DNA of 64,000 nucleotides, taken from NCBI GenBank assembly GCA_964016885.1, contig OZ024743.1, forward strand, positions 302,994,001 through 303,058,000, in the 5' to 3' direction. Every line of letters starts with the position of its first letter. The stretch's first letter is position 1. The notes under the pieces are model-generated. The model saw only the letters and a list, made by a program, of their open reading frames with translations, ran no database searches and was not told the origin of the DNA. The stretch is from Eledone cirrhosa (lineage: Eukaryota). The position numbers and the translations under genes were made by a program. Below, in pieces: positions 42,770 through 56,579 of the stretch.

Positions 42770-44878
42770 GGTTTAAAGAAAAGGGATTTCATTTAAAGAT
42801 AATTTTTTAAAGTTATAATTTATATTTAGAGTGACAAAGGCAGAAAGAATACTATAAACAAGTACAGATTGGAGTACCACTCCTCATTTTTAAGTTTCTA
42901 TTAAGCTAACAATGCCTATATTTCAGGTGACTACTGGATGGGTGGAGGTTATTGGTTTAAAGAAAGGGGAATTCTTTAAAAGCTAATTCTTTAAAGCTCT
43001 ATTTAGATTGACATCAGTTTGCTTGATTATATGTATAAAACTGCTAGGTCTGTTAGTGCTTGGTTCAGAATGTTAAACATGAGGTTATTACTGGAATAGC
43101 ATGAGGTTATTACTGGAATGTCTATTTGCTCATTGTTTGCATTTAGGTCTCTCTTAAATATTAATATAATCCGTCTATAGTATTCCTTTCTAAACTTTTC
43201 TTTCACCAGTGTGTGTTGTAGTTTATTGGTTTCTAATTTGGGGGTTTTGCTTTGCCATTATTCCTGTGGATCAAAATAGATTTCCTTTGTTGTCTAACCC
43301 ATGCTAGGGTGGAAAAATGGCGGTTAAATGGTGTTCATTATGAAGGTGATGCTGATGAGCCACTTAGCCGTCATTTCTGAAACACCATCCCATTAATCAC
43401 TTTTGCAAAAAGTGTTCCTTGATTTACAGTGTAATACACGGTTACCTTGTGATATTATCCTATATTTTTTCATGGGCGTTGATTGTAGTTCTTCCTGATT
43501 CTGTACGTGGCCATTCTCCTGCTTCCACAATCTTCGTTAGAATTCTTTCATTACTTTTGCTTCGGGAAGTACATTTACCTTATATTGATTCAATTAAATT
43601 GCGATTTGAATCGTCTTGCATTGGAGGTAAATTGCCTTTAAAAGAAAAGACGAAAACCGAAATATTGTATTCTGCCTTTGCAAAGATTTGTTATTTTAGC
43701 CATTCGCTAATTTCAGTTAGTTACCTTTCTGTATTTATTATTATTCTCATTTATTTCCACTTCCTTCTTGTGCTGGCTGCTAGTATTTATGTTTGTGTTA
43801 CGTAAGTCTATGAAAATCAGATTTGCAGTTTTTTATATGTCTTGCTTCTTTACCACTGCGTGTTTTCATTTCTCTATTTCTTGGAGTAATTTCAGTATTT
43901 CTATCTTTCTTATATTGTTGTCCTGAATTGCATCATCAGGATTTATTTTTCCACCTCAAATTTCCTTTCACTTGTATGTTCTTGTCTTTCATCGGGTTTT
44001 GATTATCACAAGTATGTACGTCTTTTACTGTAGGGATTTGTTGATCTGTATTGTCTACTTCATCTGTATTGGATTAACTTTTAAATATATCAATTTTACC
44101 TCAAATTTCTTTAGTTTGTGTATTCGGTTTTCTTTGTGTATTCGTTATTTTTTATGTTCTATTTCAATATGGGGTATGTTTCCTTATTAATATATATGAT
44201 AAGGATTGATAGTTTATTGGTTCAAGTTTGAAATCGCATGGGTATTTTCCTCCAATATTTTAAATGTAAATAGAATGAGATTCCTCGCGCGTCCCTATAT
44301 TCAATCTGATTTTATTTGTGGCACTTGAGTGCAAAAGTCTGACATTTCATTTTAAGTGTGGTTTTTTTGTAGGGTACCGTAGATTTTACATTTTGTTTTT
44401 AAATGTTTTGACCAATGGAACATTCAATTTTCTTTAATTCAAATTGCATGCCTCATTATATTTATGCGCTTTCTGCAGCTTTCAGCAGGGCTTATTATTT
44501 TAATGGGTTTTAATGGGGGGGGGGGGATTTGCGTTTGTATTTAATTGTTTTCTATTTTTATCCACCTTTTGTCACATAAGTGTTTTCATACTATGAACAC
44601 TTGAAATACACCAGCAATAAATATATTCTATGAATGATATTTAGATTTGCTGGTTTTCATGGTTTTATTTACATCTTTATGATTTATTCTTGAGATTTTA
44701 CTAGATATTAAGCTTTCTGCGTCCTGTGCTGTTTTTAAACTGGTCGCATGTGTTCACGTGGTCCCAATATCAAAAAAAGGAACACATGTAATAGAAACGA
44801 GGTTAACCTAAAATATATGTTTCTAGCATTCGTTTATCCTCCTTCTTTTTCTCGTTAGCTACACATATGTTAATGTAA

Positions 44879-44942
44879 TCTTCTTCTTCTTCTTCTTCTT
44901 CTTCTTCTTCTTCTTCTTCTTCTTCTTCTTCTTCTTCTTCTT
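44879..44942. repeat. (CTT)n microsatellite
   Basis: About 21 perfect units. Confidence 0.95.
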
Positions 44943-45089
44943 TGTAACGGACTTGTTCATATCGGCTCGAGGACGTGGTTAATATTTACCTTTTTTTCCA
45001 AATCGAACCCCTTAATTTCCTATGAAAAATGTTGATTACAATGTCAGAGTTGACTCTCAAGTAAGGTGACACAAATATTTGGATTTTAT

Positions 45090-46015
45090 AATTTCAAATT
45101 ATGTTCACAATATATTTAAAAGGGAACTGGCACCCCTCCACATCAAACCCAGAACAGCAAAATGTTCTGCACGAAAGAGTCATGCCACACCTCCGATTTG
45201 AGAGCAAAATTTGACGATAACGTCAGAAGGAATTTGAAGGTCCATATTATTGGGAAGTCGCTAGATATAGACAACATTCATTGTCTTCAAGACACACACA
45301 GACACACATCTACACATACACACACACACACATGTACTCCACAACTCCCACCCTTGTCAAATGAGTCACACACTGAAACCTATTTTTCACGCAGTGAACA
45401 AGAGTGTGAATCCTATGGGGACCAAAATCTAACAAAGGTATACAAACAAAATCCAAACAACCTGCACCATTCCAACACAGACAGCAGGAATCCAATAAAT
45501 GAACACAGCCTCTTAGATAACTGCAGTAACTCCAACACCATCACCACATTCAGGAACTCAAACAAAGGAAACAATACAACAAAATACAATAAGCCAGTAT
45601 AATAAAACACATGCAGCCAGAAAATCTGGATTGTCACGCAAGTTGAAGAAAATTGAAATATTTTGTATCCAAACTATGTGCTACTGAGGAGAGAACATAA
45701 ACGATTGATGTCCCGAATAGAGAAAAGGGAGGACATAGAAATGGAGGGGTTTTACTTGGTTCAATTAGGTTCAAGGTACATTGAACTCACACGGCGCATT
45801 TAAAGCGGTCCGCGAAGGAACACTAACAATATGTGGACGTCTCACAACTCGATCTTCAACAACACACAATTTGTAAATAGCCACTATATTTTTTCTCTTA
45901 AATCTTTCCATCCAACATGGTGATTTAAAAAGTTGGTCGCATAAATGTAGGCGGCATGCAGCCGATCTGGAAACAAAGTCACATGCACAACGACGTCAGG
46001 TCACTAGCTATGTGC
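45090..46015 (+). mobile_element. Old Tx1/L1-like fragment (ORF1 end and ORF2 start)
   Basis: From about 45917 it reads KVGRINVGGMQPIWKQSHMHNDVRSL, aligning to RIGSINARGLGSSWKQGHLLNDLRSL at 49415. The left boundary is uncertain. Confidence 0.6.
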
Positions 46016-46283
46016 CCTGTGTAAACCCTCCAAGACCACCTATTATTCCTGGAATTGTTGTTGTTTTCATCATTTGTCTTCGTTGAATTTATATCTCCAG
46101 ATTCTATGTTTGATAAATTTCTCCATTTCGCTGTTACATATATTCACTTCAATTAGAAAACACGTTTTTTTATGTTTTCCTCTATATTATCTGTCAATTT
46201 GCTTTGATATATGTGTCTGGATGCATTGTTGTTATTTGTATTATTATTAGTGTTATTGTTGTTGTTGTTATTATTATTATTAA

Positions 46284-46978
46284 TCTTTGAGTCTCAGTCA
46301 TTTATGTTAGTTAACTGGAAACTTTGTTGAAATGAATATCAAGCCGCTACCTGCAGCCTCGCATATTCAGGACGTATCTGAGGATTCTTGCTGTTCCCAG
46401 CAAGCATGCATTTTGAAGTGTTCCAAAAAGCGGGGAAGAACTAATCGTCTTTAACCATCCTTGGAAACTCTTCGAGATAGTACCTAGTGCGCCTATTACA
46501 ATCGGGGTGACTCCAACTTCATGGCAGTTACAAATCCTTTTTACCTCCCATTTTAAGTCCTGGTATCCTTTAATTTTCTTCCTCTCCTTTTCTTGCACTC
46601 TCGTGTCAAATGGGCAGGCTACATCTACAATCAGGCACGATCTTTTTTCTTTGTCCACAACCACTAGGTCAGCTCAATTGTGTTCCAGTTTCTTGTCTGT
46701 CTGTATCCTAAAATCCCATAGCACCTTCACCTGATCGTCTTCTATCACCGACTCTGGCTTATGCTAATACCATTTCTCAGAATGTGGTAAATTGTTTAAT
46801 TTGCATAGGTGCCAGTGGCCACCCAGGCTATCACATCATGTCTCCAGCCTTTATGGTGAATCTTGGCTAGGTGTTTACACTCGGATACAATGTGGGCCAC
46901 AGTTTCTTCTCTCCCTCCACAGATCCTACACGGTGAACTAGCCTCCTCCTTGTCAATATGGTGTTTCACCCACTTCCT
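46284..46978 (-). mobile_element. R4/Dong-like LINE family A, 5'-truncated (zinc knuckle and RLE)
   Basis: LIVDVACPFDTRVQEKE..IVIGALGTI..CLLGTARILRYVL, with (TAA)n at both ends. Confidence 0.9.
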
Positions 46979-46983
46979 TCTAA

Positions 46984-46984
<1 letters not shown>

Positions 46985-47064
<80 letters not shown>
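46985..47064. repeat. (TTA)n microsatellite
   Basis: Perfect run separating two LINEs. Confidence 0.95.
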
Positions 47065-47283
47065 GAATGCTATGGTTGACGGAGGCTCGGCTCTGTAAGG
47101 TATTGTAAATTTTGAACGCTATAACAATTGTAAATTGTTTAAAACTTTTACCAACTTGTAGACAAAAACAACCTCCTCCTCGTGAGAGGGGTCTTTCTGC
47201 CCGTTATTTGGCCCTTCGGGGATAAATAACTGCTTATTGGGGTTTTGTGCCCAATATTTATTTTAAACAAAAAAAAAAAAAAA

Positions 47284-49379
47284 ATGGCTACGAAAAAGAA
47301 TTTTCATCGGTCACTCCCACTCATTCCGTCTTCATCTTCCTCAATCGTCACTACAGCAGAGAGAAGATTGTCTCTCTCCTTCTCTTCTTTAAATGTATCT
47401 CTCTCCCTCCCTTCTCTTTCGCAAGCGACGACAGAAAAGAAAAGTCTCGTGCAAAGCGTGCAAGATTTCTCCACGACGACGACGACAACGACAACGAAAC
47501 AGGTGTGCGGGAAATACGAAAACCCATTTCATTCGTCTGACTTCAGGAATAATACCAGTAGCAGCCGTAATAACAACAGCAATAGTGACAATGAAAACAA
47601 CTGTAGCAGCGGCAACAGCATCAGCAGCAGCATAAACAACAACAGCATTAGCAGCAGCAACAACAACAACAACCACAGCAACAGCGGCGGCGGCAGTAGT
47701 CGTAGTACCTGCAGCAACAACAAAAGTAACAGCAGCTCTGAGGACAACAACAACAACAACAGCAGTAAAGAAAAACCAATATCGTTTGCAGGTATCGCGA
47801 AGAACCTGGAAACAATCCTCATAACAAATGAGGAATTAGAGGAAGCGAAGAAGATGGTGACAAAAACTGGACACCGAGCAATCTGCAAGGCAGCGGAAAA
47901 ATGTTTCGAAACCCAACAGCACTGTACGGTCACGTACCGTACAGTAAGTACAACATCCCGTAGGGTGGAAAGAGCCACAGAGGCTCAAATACAAAAAGCC
48001 TTGGGGTCTGTGTGGCAGCGGAAAACACACATCACCCGAGGCAAGAAATATGCCACCGTAGACGTACTTTTTGCCACACCCCAGGAGGCAAAGGCTCAAT
48101 CCGTAGTGACCCTAAGGAGCGAGGAAATGGTGTTGGTGCCCTCCTACTGCGGAAAAAAAATTGTGAGGGTCAAACTGACCCCCCCCCCCCCCCCGAGACG
48201 GACCTTTCTTGGCTGGCCGCGTCTGTCGTCGTCGGAATCGAGGACTAAACAACTGTACTGCAAGTACAGAAAAAAGTAAGAGAAGATTGGGTCGGCACCT
48301 CCATTGAGATGTTAATCCAAACCAACCAGGAGTGCATCGAAGCTATCCCGGATGTGATAGACTTCGATAACGGCACTCAACTGCCCATAAGTGTTGAGGG
48401 CAAACGCCCGAAATGCTTTCGCTGTGGATCGAAGACTCACCTCAGGGCCTTCTGCAACGAGAAGGCCCTGAGAAAGGAGAAAACTCCCTCCTTCCGAAAC
48501 TCGCTCCACGGCTACCAGCAACAGGACAAGCGGCAACCAGGAACGATAGGTCCGTAGCACCCATACCCACACCACGGAAATCAAAAACAGCAGCAGCAGT
48601 GGAAGTATTAACTACAACAACAACAGCAATACCAAATGCAGCTGCAACAGAGACTCCAGTGCAGACATCACCAACAACAACAAGTGAAAGAGTGGAGCTG
48701 GTACCCCTCCCCGACCTCACAGAATCAGACATGGAGTGTGAGGTGGGAGAGGGATGGCAAAAGTTCGTAAGAAGGCACAAACGCAGAAGCAGCGCATCGT
48801 CGCCTTTGAAAAGGGAGGACAGAAATGAAAAAAGGGTAAAGTCTACTGCAAAGAGACTCACAGCAGCAACACCACCAACACCATCACCACCCACTCTAGC
48901 ACCACCATCACCACCGGCGACAAACCCACCGCCAACAACACGTTCAACACGACCACGACAAGCACCAACATCGCAAACACAACAACAAAACACGCACAAG
49001 AAAATAGCAGAACCCCACCCCACCCCCAGAAAAAAAATGCACGGCAATAAATACACACAGCAAGAAACTAATGACTTACATAATTGAACACACAGACATT
49101 TCACAACACGACTACATAATACCAGCACCAATCAAAACGCCAACTAACATAAGACTGCTAAAAATGGCACATAAACAATACGCAAACATTAAAACGAAAT
49201 TCCCCAACGCAGTTGGTGATTTCAGGGACCTAGGAGGGACTATCAACCGAACAGTATATTCGGGCATACTCATAGAAGAGCCGACGACCAGCCGAAGGGA
49301 CGATTCAACGGTCCCTTCACCAGACGATCAAGTGAAAAGGGATGTAAAAACCATCCCTCCTCTACGAAAAGTACGGTAA
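47284..49379 (+). pseudogene. LINE ORF1 (gag-like), frameshifted
   Basis: N/S/T low-complexity N-terminus, ISVEGKRPKCFRCGSKTHLRAFC zinc knuckle, P/T-rich C-terminus. Split over 4 ORFs. Confidence 0.8.
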
Positions 49380-49414
49380 GTGGTCTTTCCCATCTTTTCC
49401 ACTCTATTTTAAAC

Positions 49415-52405
49415 ATGACCTCACTCAGAATAGGCAGCATAAATGCGCGTGGCTTGGGGTCGTCATGGAAGCAGGGTCACCTGCTCAACGACCTCAGGTC
49501 ACTAAACATAGATGTAGTGGCCATCAGCGAGACCAGAATCTCCGAAGCACGGGCCTTTGCACCGATCTTCGGCGGCTACGATGTGTACGCATCTCCCAGC
49601 CGCCCTGGATCGGGGAGAGGAGTTGCTGTGCTTTTTCGGAGAGGTTTGGATCTCGCCATACGGGCCATCTTCCTGGACCCAGAGGGTAAGTTGGTGGTGC
49701 TGGACGTGACCAGCGGAGACGGGCAAGCTTTCAGGCTAGTAGCCGTCTATGCCCCGACAGGAGCAGGGCGGCCTGATTTCTTCCGGCGTCTGGAGACCTT
49801 TCTTGGAACGTCCCGCTCTTTAGTGTTAGTAGGCGACTGGAACGGGATCTTAGATGCACGCTGGGACTGTGTGGGATTAGCGGATAGGGGTGGAGGGTGC
49901 AATAGCCTCACCAACCTGCTCAGGCGTTTTGAAATGTCTGACAGGTACCGATTGGACTTCCCGAATGTGCCAATGTGGACTTGGACAAATCGCATAGGGT
50001 CATCCAGATCATATCTAGATAGAGTATTTTGTAGGGAAATAGATAGGTCTAGCAGAGGCTGTCCACAATTCAAGATAGTCAGCTACACGGACCACAAATT
50101 CGTGATCTGTGTGCTTGACTTAGATAGGCTTAATAGACGAGGACCCGGCTACTGGAAGCTAAACGCGTCCTTACTAGCGCGGAACGGCTACAGAGACCGG
50201 ATTAGCGAACTAGTTAAGCGGGTGTTGACGGGGGCCATCGTCAACAACAAGTGGTGGTTTGCTCGGAAAAGAGTGATTAGAATAGAATCGATTAGGTTTA
50301 GTAAGGCTTTAGCAATAGAGAAAAATAGAGCAGAGGGAGAACTAGTTAGAAAATTAGACGAGGCGCTTAGCAAAGGCATTGCGACCGACGTGCTTGCGGC
50401 GAAATAGGCCCTTGACCAATTCTTCAATGCAAAGCACGAAGGCTGCGTTGTCAGAGCAAGGGTGCATGCTCTCAGACACGAGGGGATGAATCCGTTCAAT
50501 GGGCCCAAGTGGCGGAGGCGTCGTGGCAACAAAGCCACGATCCGGTCTTTGGTGGACCGAGACGGGCGCATGCTACTCGATCCCGGGCAAATGTGTGAAG
50601 CTTTTCAGCGACACTTCGCTCAGCTGTTCGGGGGCAGCGGTGTGCCGGGTCGAGGGATGGACTTTAGTGTCTACCTCGACGGACTGCCGCGGCTCTCGGC
50701 CACTGAGGCGAAGTGTTTTGAAAAGCCGATAACAGCCGCTGAAGTAAGGGAGGCAATGACTGCCTGCACAAGGGGTATATCGCCTGGTTTGGATGGTCTG
50801 TCCTATGAACTTTACGTACAGATGCCAGACTTGTTCTGAGGCCTCTTGGCGGACGTCTACTGCAACTGGCAACAGAACGGGAGAATCCCAGTTATGCGAG
50901 CCGAGGAGCGGTGGAACTGCTGTGAAAGGATCCGAACAAGGGGGATAACATAGATAATTTCCGGCCCATAACTCTGCTAAACACAGAGTTCAAGATGTTG
51001 GCCAAGGTGCTAGCAAAGAGGTTGGCGCTTGTCGTTGGTGCTCTGGTGGGAGAGGCGCAGACATGCGCCATTCCCGACAGATCCATACACGACAACCTCC
51101 ACCTCATGCGATACATCGCACGGGTGGGTCCTTGATCAATTTAGATCAGTCGAAAGCTTTCGATAGGGTCGACCATCGTTACCTAGCGGCAGTACTGAGG
51201 GCGGCTGGCTTTGGGCCCGTCTTCAGAGGCTGGATCCCTGCCATGCACAGCGACATCTGCTCTGTGGTGAGAGTGAACTGTCACCTGTCGGAACCGTTCA
51301 ACATCATGCGCTCTCTCCCAGAAATGGGCGGAGAGGAAGCGATCCCTGAAAGTTCGAGCGGAGGTGGCTAACGCGTACATCGCGTCTGTCATCTGCTACC
51401 GCCTGACCGTCGTACCTTGTTTAAGCCTCGCCTGACCGCGCTGGAGCGTTTAGTCTTTCGCTTTTTGTGGGGTCGAGCTCTCCGATGGTCAGGCGGTCCA
51501 TCTGCTGTCAACACCCGCTACGTCGAGGGCTGGGAATGCCGTGGCTGATTATGCGCAGACACACGCTCAGGCTACGACATCTCCACCTCTTCCTCGACGG
51601 TTATCAGGTGTGGTCTCCGTTTGCTAGACACGTCTTTCCCCAGCTCGTCTCCTTGACGGAGCTGCAGTCCTGGGTCAAGCGAAGACCGAGAGGGAGCGCC
51701 TGGAGACTGGAATGTCTTCAGACGCTCACAGCCCTCGACCAATCGGGCAATGTGATCGGTGGAAACTCCACCTCGGCGTTCTATAGAGGATTAGTGGAGG
51801 GGAAGAGCGACGACGTACTTGGGGAAAATCTAGGCGTCGACGAAAATCAACTAGCCAATCTCTTCGGAAGAACTTTCGGGCCAGGGCCTATGGACAACTT
51901 CCAGAAATCTCTGGCCTGAAAGTGCTACCGAGGAGCCTTGCCAGTTCGGGATAAACTCTACAGGCATGGAGGTGCCGTCAGCCGGGCATGTCCGAGATGC
52001 GCGCAGGGCGAAGAAACCGTCCTGCACGCACTAGTCCAGTGTCCGAAAATTGCTGACTTGTGGGTTTATGTCGAACACCTGCTGTCGCGTATAGGACGGA
52101 TCTGACTATCATCTGAGTCCATCGTGAGGATTGCCCCGCCCTCCCCCTTTAGCCGGGAAGGGCAGGCAGTTTTTATCTGTCTGGTGGCCCTGGCGAAAGA
52201 GATAGTATGGTGGACACGTTTGAAAGGGCTGAAGACGAGCACTTACCTTTTCGGTGATGCCCTGATTGACTTTTTCAAATTTCATTTGAAAAGGAAAATC
52301 AGAATAGAGAGGGAAGTGCTCTCTTCCCAGCATTTTGTTGAAAGATGGGTGAGAGAAGCAAGAATGGCCCGCGTGAATGGGCCTACTCTGAGTATATATC
52401 TGTAA
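49415..52405 (+). pseudogene. LINE ORF2 (APE endonuclease, partial RT, C-terminal CCHC)
   Basis: INARGL, SETR, VYAP, GDWN, YLDRV, TDH. SPGLDGL, FRPITLLN, LDQSKAFDRVDH. CPRC..ETVLHALVQC. RT QG/YADD region deleted near 51312. Confidence 0.92.
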
Positions 52406-52687
52406 ATTAAAGGTGGAAAACTGGGAGAGGGCACTTGCCTTGGTGGTCAGGGTCACTGTGTCCTTTTACTGGGACTTTTCCACAAATGTCCCTCCGAAGT
52501 CTCCCCCCTATTGGGGAATCTTTCATTGTCATTTTTTTGTTACTTCCTCTGTTTTCGTTTTTAACACGCAGAAATGCCCATTTGTACCGTACTGTATTAT
52601 CCTGCACTCTCCTTAATGTCTACTTTATGTAAACCCTTGTGGTTAATAAAGAATTCATTATTATTATTATTATTATTGTTATTGTTA

Positions 52688-55600
52688 TTCCTTGAATCTC
52701 AGTCATTGATGTTGGTTAACTGGAAAGTCCGTTGGATTGAATATCAAGCCACTACCTGCAGCCTCAGATATTCAGGACGTATCGGAGGGTTCTTGCTGTT
52801 CCAAGCAAGCATGCCTTTTGAAGCATTCCAAAAAGCGTGAAGGGGCCGATTTTCTTTAACCATCCCTGGAAACCTTTGGAGATAGTCCCCAGTGCGCCTA
52901 TGACAATCGGGATCACTTTGACTTCATGGCAGTTCCAAATCCTTTTCACCTCCCACTTTAGGTCCTGGTATCGGTTAATTTTCTCCCTTTCCTTCTCTTG
53001 CACTCTCGTGTCGAACGGGCAGGCCACATCCACAATCAGGCACGATCTTTTTTCTTTGTCCACAACCACCAGGTCAGGTCTATTGTGTTCCAGTTTTTTG
53101 TCCGTCTGTATCCTAAAATCCCACAGCACCTTCACCTGACTGTTCTCCATCACCGCCTCTGGCCTATGCTCATACCATTTCTCAGAATGTGGTAGATTGT
53201 TTACTTTGCACAGGTGCCAGTGGATCACCCTGCCCATCACATCGTGTCTCCAGCCCTTATAGTGGGTCTGGGCTAGGTGTTTACACTCGGACACAATGTG
53301 AGCCACAGTCTCCTCTCTCTCTCCACATATCCTGCACAGTGGGCTAGCCTCCTCCTTGTAGATATGGTGCTTCAACCACTTCGTTTTGAGGGCCTGCTCC
53401 TGCGCAGCCATTAGCATTCCTTCTGTAGCCTTTTTGAGGTCTCCTCTTCTCAACCAGTTCCATGTCTGTGTATCTCTAAATTCAGTTTTCTCAAAGAAGG
53501 TACTATGAAGGGATTTTCCCTTAAGGCTGCTCTTCCTCCTTGATGTTATTTCCTCCTTGGATATCCCCTGGCCTACTGTCCCCTCCTTCAGTACAGCTCT
53601 GAGCATTGGCTCCTTACTATAGGTCACGTATTTGTATAGGTTGTTTTTCTCCATCTGAACACAGTCCTCTATGCTGATAAGACCTCTTCCACCCTCAGAC
53701 CTCCTTAGGTAGAGTCTATCGACATCACTCCTCTTGTGGAACATGTTGTAGATAGTCAATAGCTTCCTAGTCTTCCTATCCATTTCTTTTTGTTCAGCAA
53801 CATTCCATCTCAGAATTCCCGCACTGTACCTAATAATAGACACAGCTCGGGAATTTTCTGCGCTTATGGCATTTCTGCTGTTCAGATGTGACTTCAATAC
53901 GCTCCTTACTCTCCGAATGTATTCAGTTCTTAACAATTCCTTCATTTTTTTGTTCTTTATGCCATCAGCCTCCAGAACGCCCAAATACTTGTATCCTTCC
54001 TCAGAGTCAATTTCCTTTATCATCTCACCTGTTGGTATCTGGATCCCGTTACTTCTGCACAACCTACCCCTCTTCATCACAATGACTCCACATTTACCAA
54101 TACCAAACTGCATACATATATCACTGCTGAAAATACGGACGGTGTCAACAAGCACATCCAACTCCTTCTCACTTCTTCCCGAAGAGCTTAAGATCGTCCA
54201 TGAAGAGGAGGTGATTGATGGTAAGCTCTCCCCTTCCCAACTTGTATCCTGCTCTCACTTTTCGCAGCATACTGGTCAAGGGCATCAGGGCAAGGACAAA
54301 CAACAGAGGGGACAGGCTATCTCCCTGGAAGATACCTCTCTTGATCTTCACGCTTCCCAAAGATACTCCAGTTGATGTCAACTCTGTCTCCTAGGACCCC
54401 ATACTCCTGCCCAGCAACTGTCTGATGTTATCTGCCACCCTGAAGATCTCCAGGCTTTTGGTGATCCAGGAATGAGGCACCATGTCAAATGCCTTTCTGT
54501 AGTCTATCCATCCCATGGCAAGATCAGTGTGTCTCCTCCTGCAATTCCCCATTACCATCTTATCAATAAGCAACTGGTCCTTTGTACCACGTGACTTCTT
54601 TCGGCATCCTTTCTGTTCGTCCGTTAACAAGTTGTTTGTGTGGAGGTGATGGTAGATTTCCTCAGACACAATGCTCGTCAAGAGTTTCCACATTACGGGC
54701 AGACATGTGATAGGTCTATAGTTGGTAACATCATTACCCTTGATTCGGTCTTTCATTATCAGAACTGTGGTACCTTTTGTCAACCACTCTGGCACCTCAC
54801 CCGACACCAAGCAGTCATTGAACATGGCCGTCAGCTTCGGGTGGAGGGATGTTAAATGTTTAATCCAATACCCCTGCACACCATCTGGGCCTGGTGATTT
54901 CCAGTTGGTTAGCTTTTTGGCTTGCCCCTTAAGAGTTTCAACTGTGATACTCAAATCAGTCTGTTGTTGTGCCTGCTCACCGATCTCCCTCTGTACTGTC
55001 TCAATCCACCCTGCCTGGGCATTGTGTCTAACATCCTGCTCCCATATTCCTCTCCAGAATGTTTTAGCTTGTTCCGCCCCAGGGATCAAGTCGTTGCCTC
55101 TTTCTTTCCCCTCAAGCTGTCCAAACAGCATCTTCTGGTTGTTGTCGAACATGCGGTTCTGTTTATACTGACTGACTCTGTTCTCGTATCGCCTGATTTT
55201 GGCACTCTTTGCTACAATGCGTTGCTTCAATTCCTCTATGATAATATTTAGCTTTTTACTCCTAGTTTTGTATTTTATTTCCAGTCTATTTTTAGTGCCT
55301 ATGTTTTTTTAGTGTCCCATTCAGTAGTGACTCAAGCTTTCCTATGTCATTTCTCATTTCCCCGATTTGCCCACTCAGTCGCTTCTTCCACCACGGCTCT
55401 GCTCTTTCTTGTCTGTTGTTTCCTCTCGCTTTTATACCAAGTAGTTTCCTCACCGTATTTGCTGTTGCTTTGAGGATATTGTTGCACTGGTGAAGACTCC
55501 TCGCCTCAAATTATGGGATGACTTTGTTTACCTTAGCTGTTGTTTCTTTTAACTTTTTCCTGTCTACAAATCTTAGGTTCATAGGTCTCCCACTATCATT

Positions 55601-56340
55601 GTTCAACTCATCTACCACTAAATTTAGGATGTCAACCGAATCTTGTCCTAGCCCGTCAGCATTCATCTCCTCAGTGGCCGTATCTCTGTTCCAGGTATTA
55701 TTTATCTCAATATTCAGATCATTGTCTGCTTCGGGTGGTTTCTCCGTTCTCAGGACCTCCTCACCTTCATTTCCCGCCGGCTCGCTTGTCTGGCATACTA
55801 CACCCGCCATCTCCAAGCCATTCTCTCTGCTTAGTTCCTCCAGTTCCAGCTCGCTTATCCACCCATTAGTTCTTATTACCCGAGCCTGCCCGGCCAATTT
55901 TTGTTCATCTAATTTAAATAAACCAATCTCGTTCCAGATGTTATGCATCCGTCTCCTGTAGCCCCTCTCCTTGGGGTTACTTTTCAGGTAGCATTGCATA
56001 ACAGTTCTATTCAATTCTTTCGTCCAGTTGGTTCTGGCCCCTTTCCTTCTTCTTCTTCCTCCAACATCAGCAGTATTTGGTTGACAGTCAGGTTCCTGCT
56101 GCTGAGCCAGGGGGCACATGTTGGGTGAGAGTCTGTCACATGACGTTCTAGTCTCCATTTCACCGTTATTCGAACTGTTTATGTTCGATATTTAAACACT
56201 CTTATCGAGGATTGGCGAATGTATGTTTACATAGCCATCTGTGGATCCGCCATCCCACTTGGCCCTCGTGTGGCATTATCACCACGCTGTATACGAACAC
56301 ACATAAACAAACAAACACACGGGCAGAAAGGGCCCCAAAA
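52688..56340 (-). mobile_element. R4/Dong-like LINE family A, near full length
   Basis: Single ORF with RT, CCHC and RLE. Short 3' UTR, then (TAA)n. Confidence 0.92.
52764..56158 (-). pseudogene. R4/Dong ORF (about 1130 codons, with about 4 lesions)
   Basis: RTNWTKELN..GYRRRMHNIW, KSPGPDG, YRPITCL, WIDYRKAFDMVPH, GIFQGDSLSPLLF, FMDDLKL, CRIC..ETVAHIVSEC, RPDLVVVD..DVACP. Confidence 0.95.
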
Positions 56341-56579
56341 TTGAATAAGCATAAGTTTCATTGTAATGTAGTATTCGAATGTCTGACTTAGTTTTTGTTT
56401 TTTAAGTTTTACTTTTTCCCCCCTCTACTCTGTCCGTCCGCCTGCTTCTCTCTTCATTCTTATTTTCTTTACGTTTTTGGGGTTTCTTTTTTTGTTTTTG
56501 TTTTTCTCTGTTTGTTTTTCTCGTTTTTTGCTGTTGTTGCTGTGCTGCTTTGGTTTTGTTGTTTGTTTTTTCTTTTTTC

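Larger units (their letters stand above)
47065..52656 (+). mobile_element. Tx1/L1-clade LINE, both ends present, internally deleted
   Basis: 5' UTR, ORF1 with CCHC, ORF2 APE-RT-zinc finger, then AATAAA and (TTA)n. (TTA)n also lies upstream. Confidence 0.9.

Noticed and set aside
43340-44500. Possible eroded retroelement coding region on the minus strand
   Set aside because: The composition is suggestive but no motif could be read with confidence.
48179-48194. Poly-C tract as a programmed ORF1 frameshift
   Set aside because: A homopolymer indel or sequencing error is simpler, and the element has many other lesions.
47529-49131. Long antisense ORFs (poly-L, V/G-rich)
   Set aside because: They are shadows of the low-complexity ORF1.
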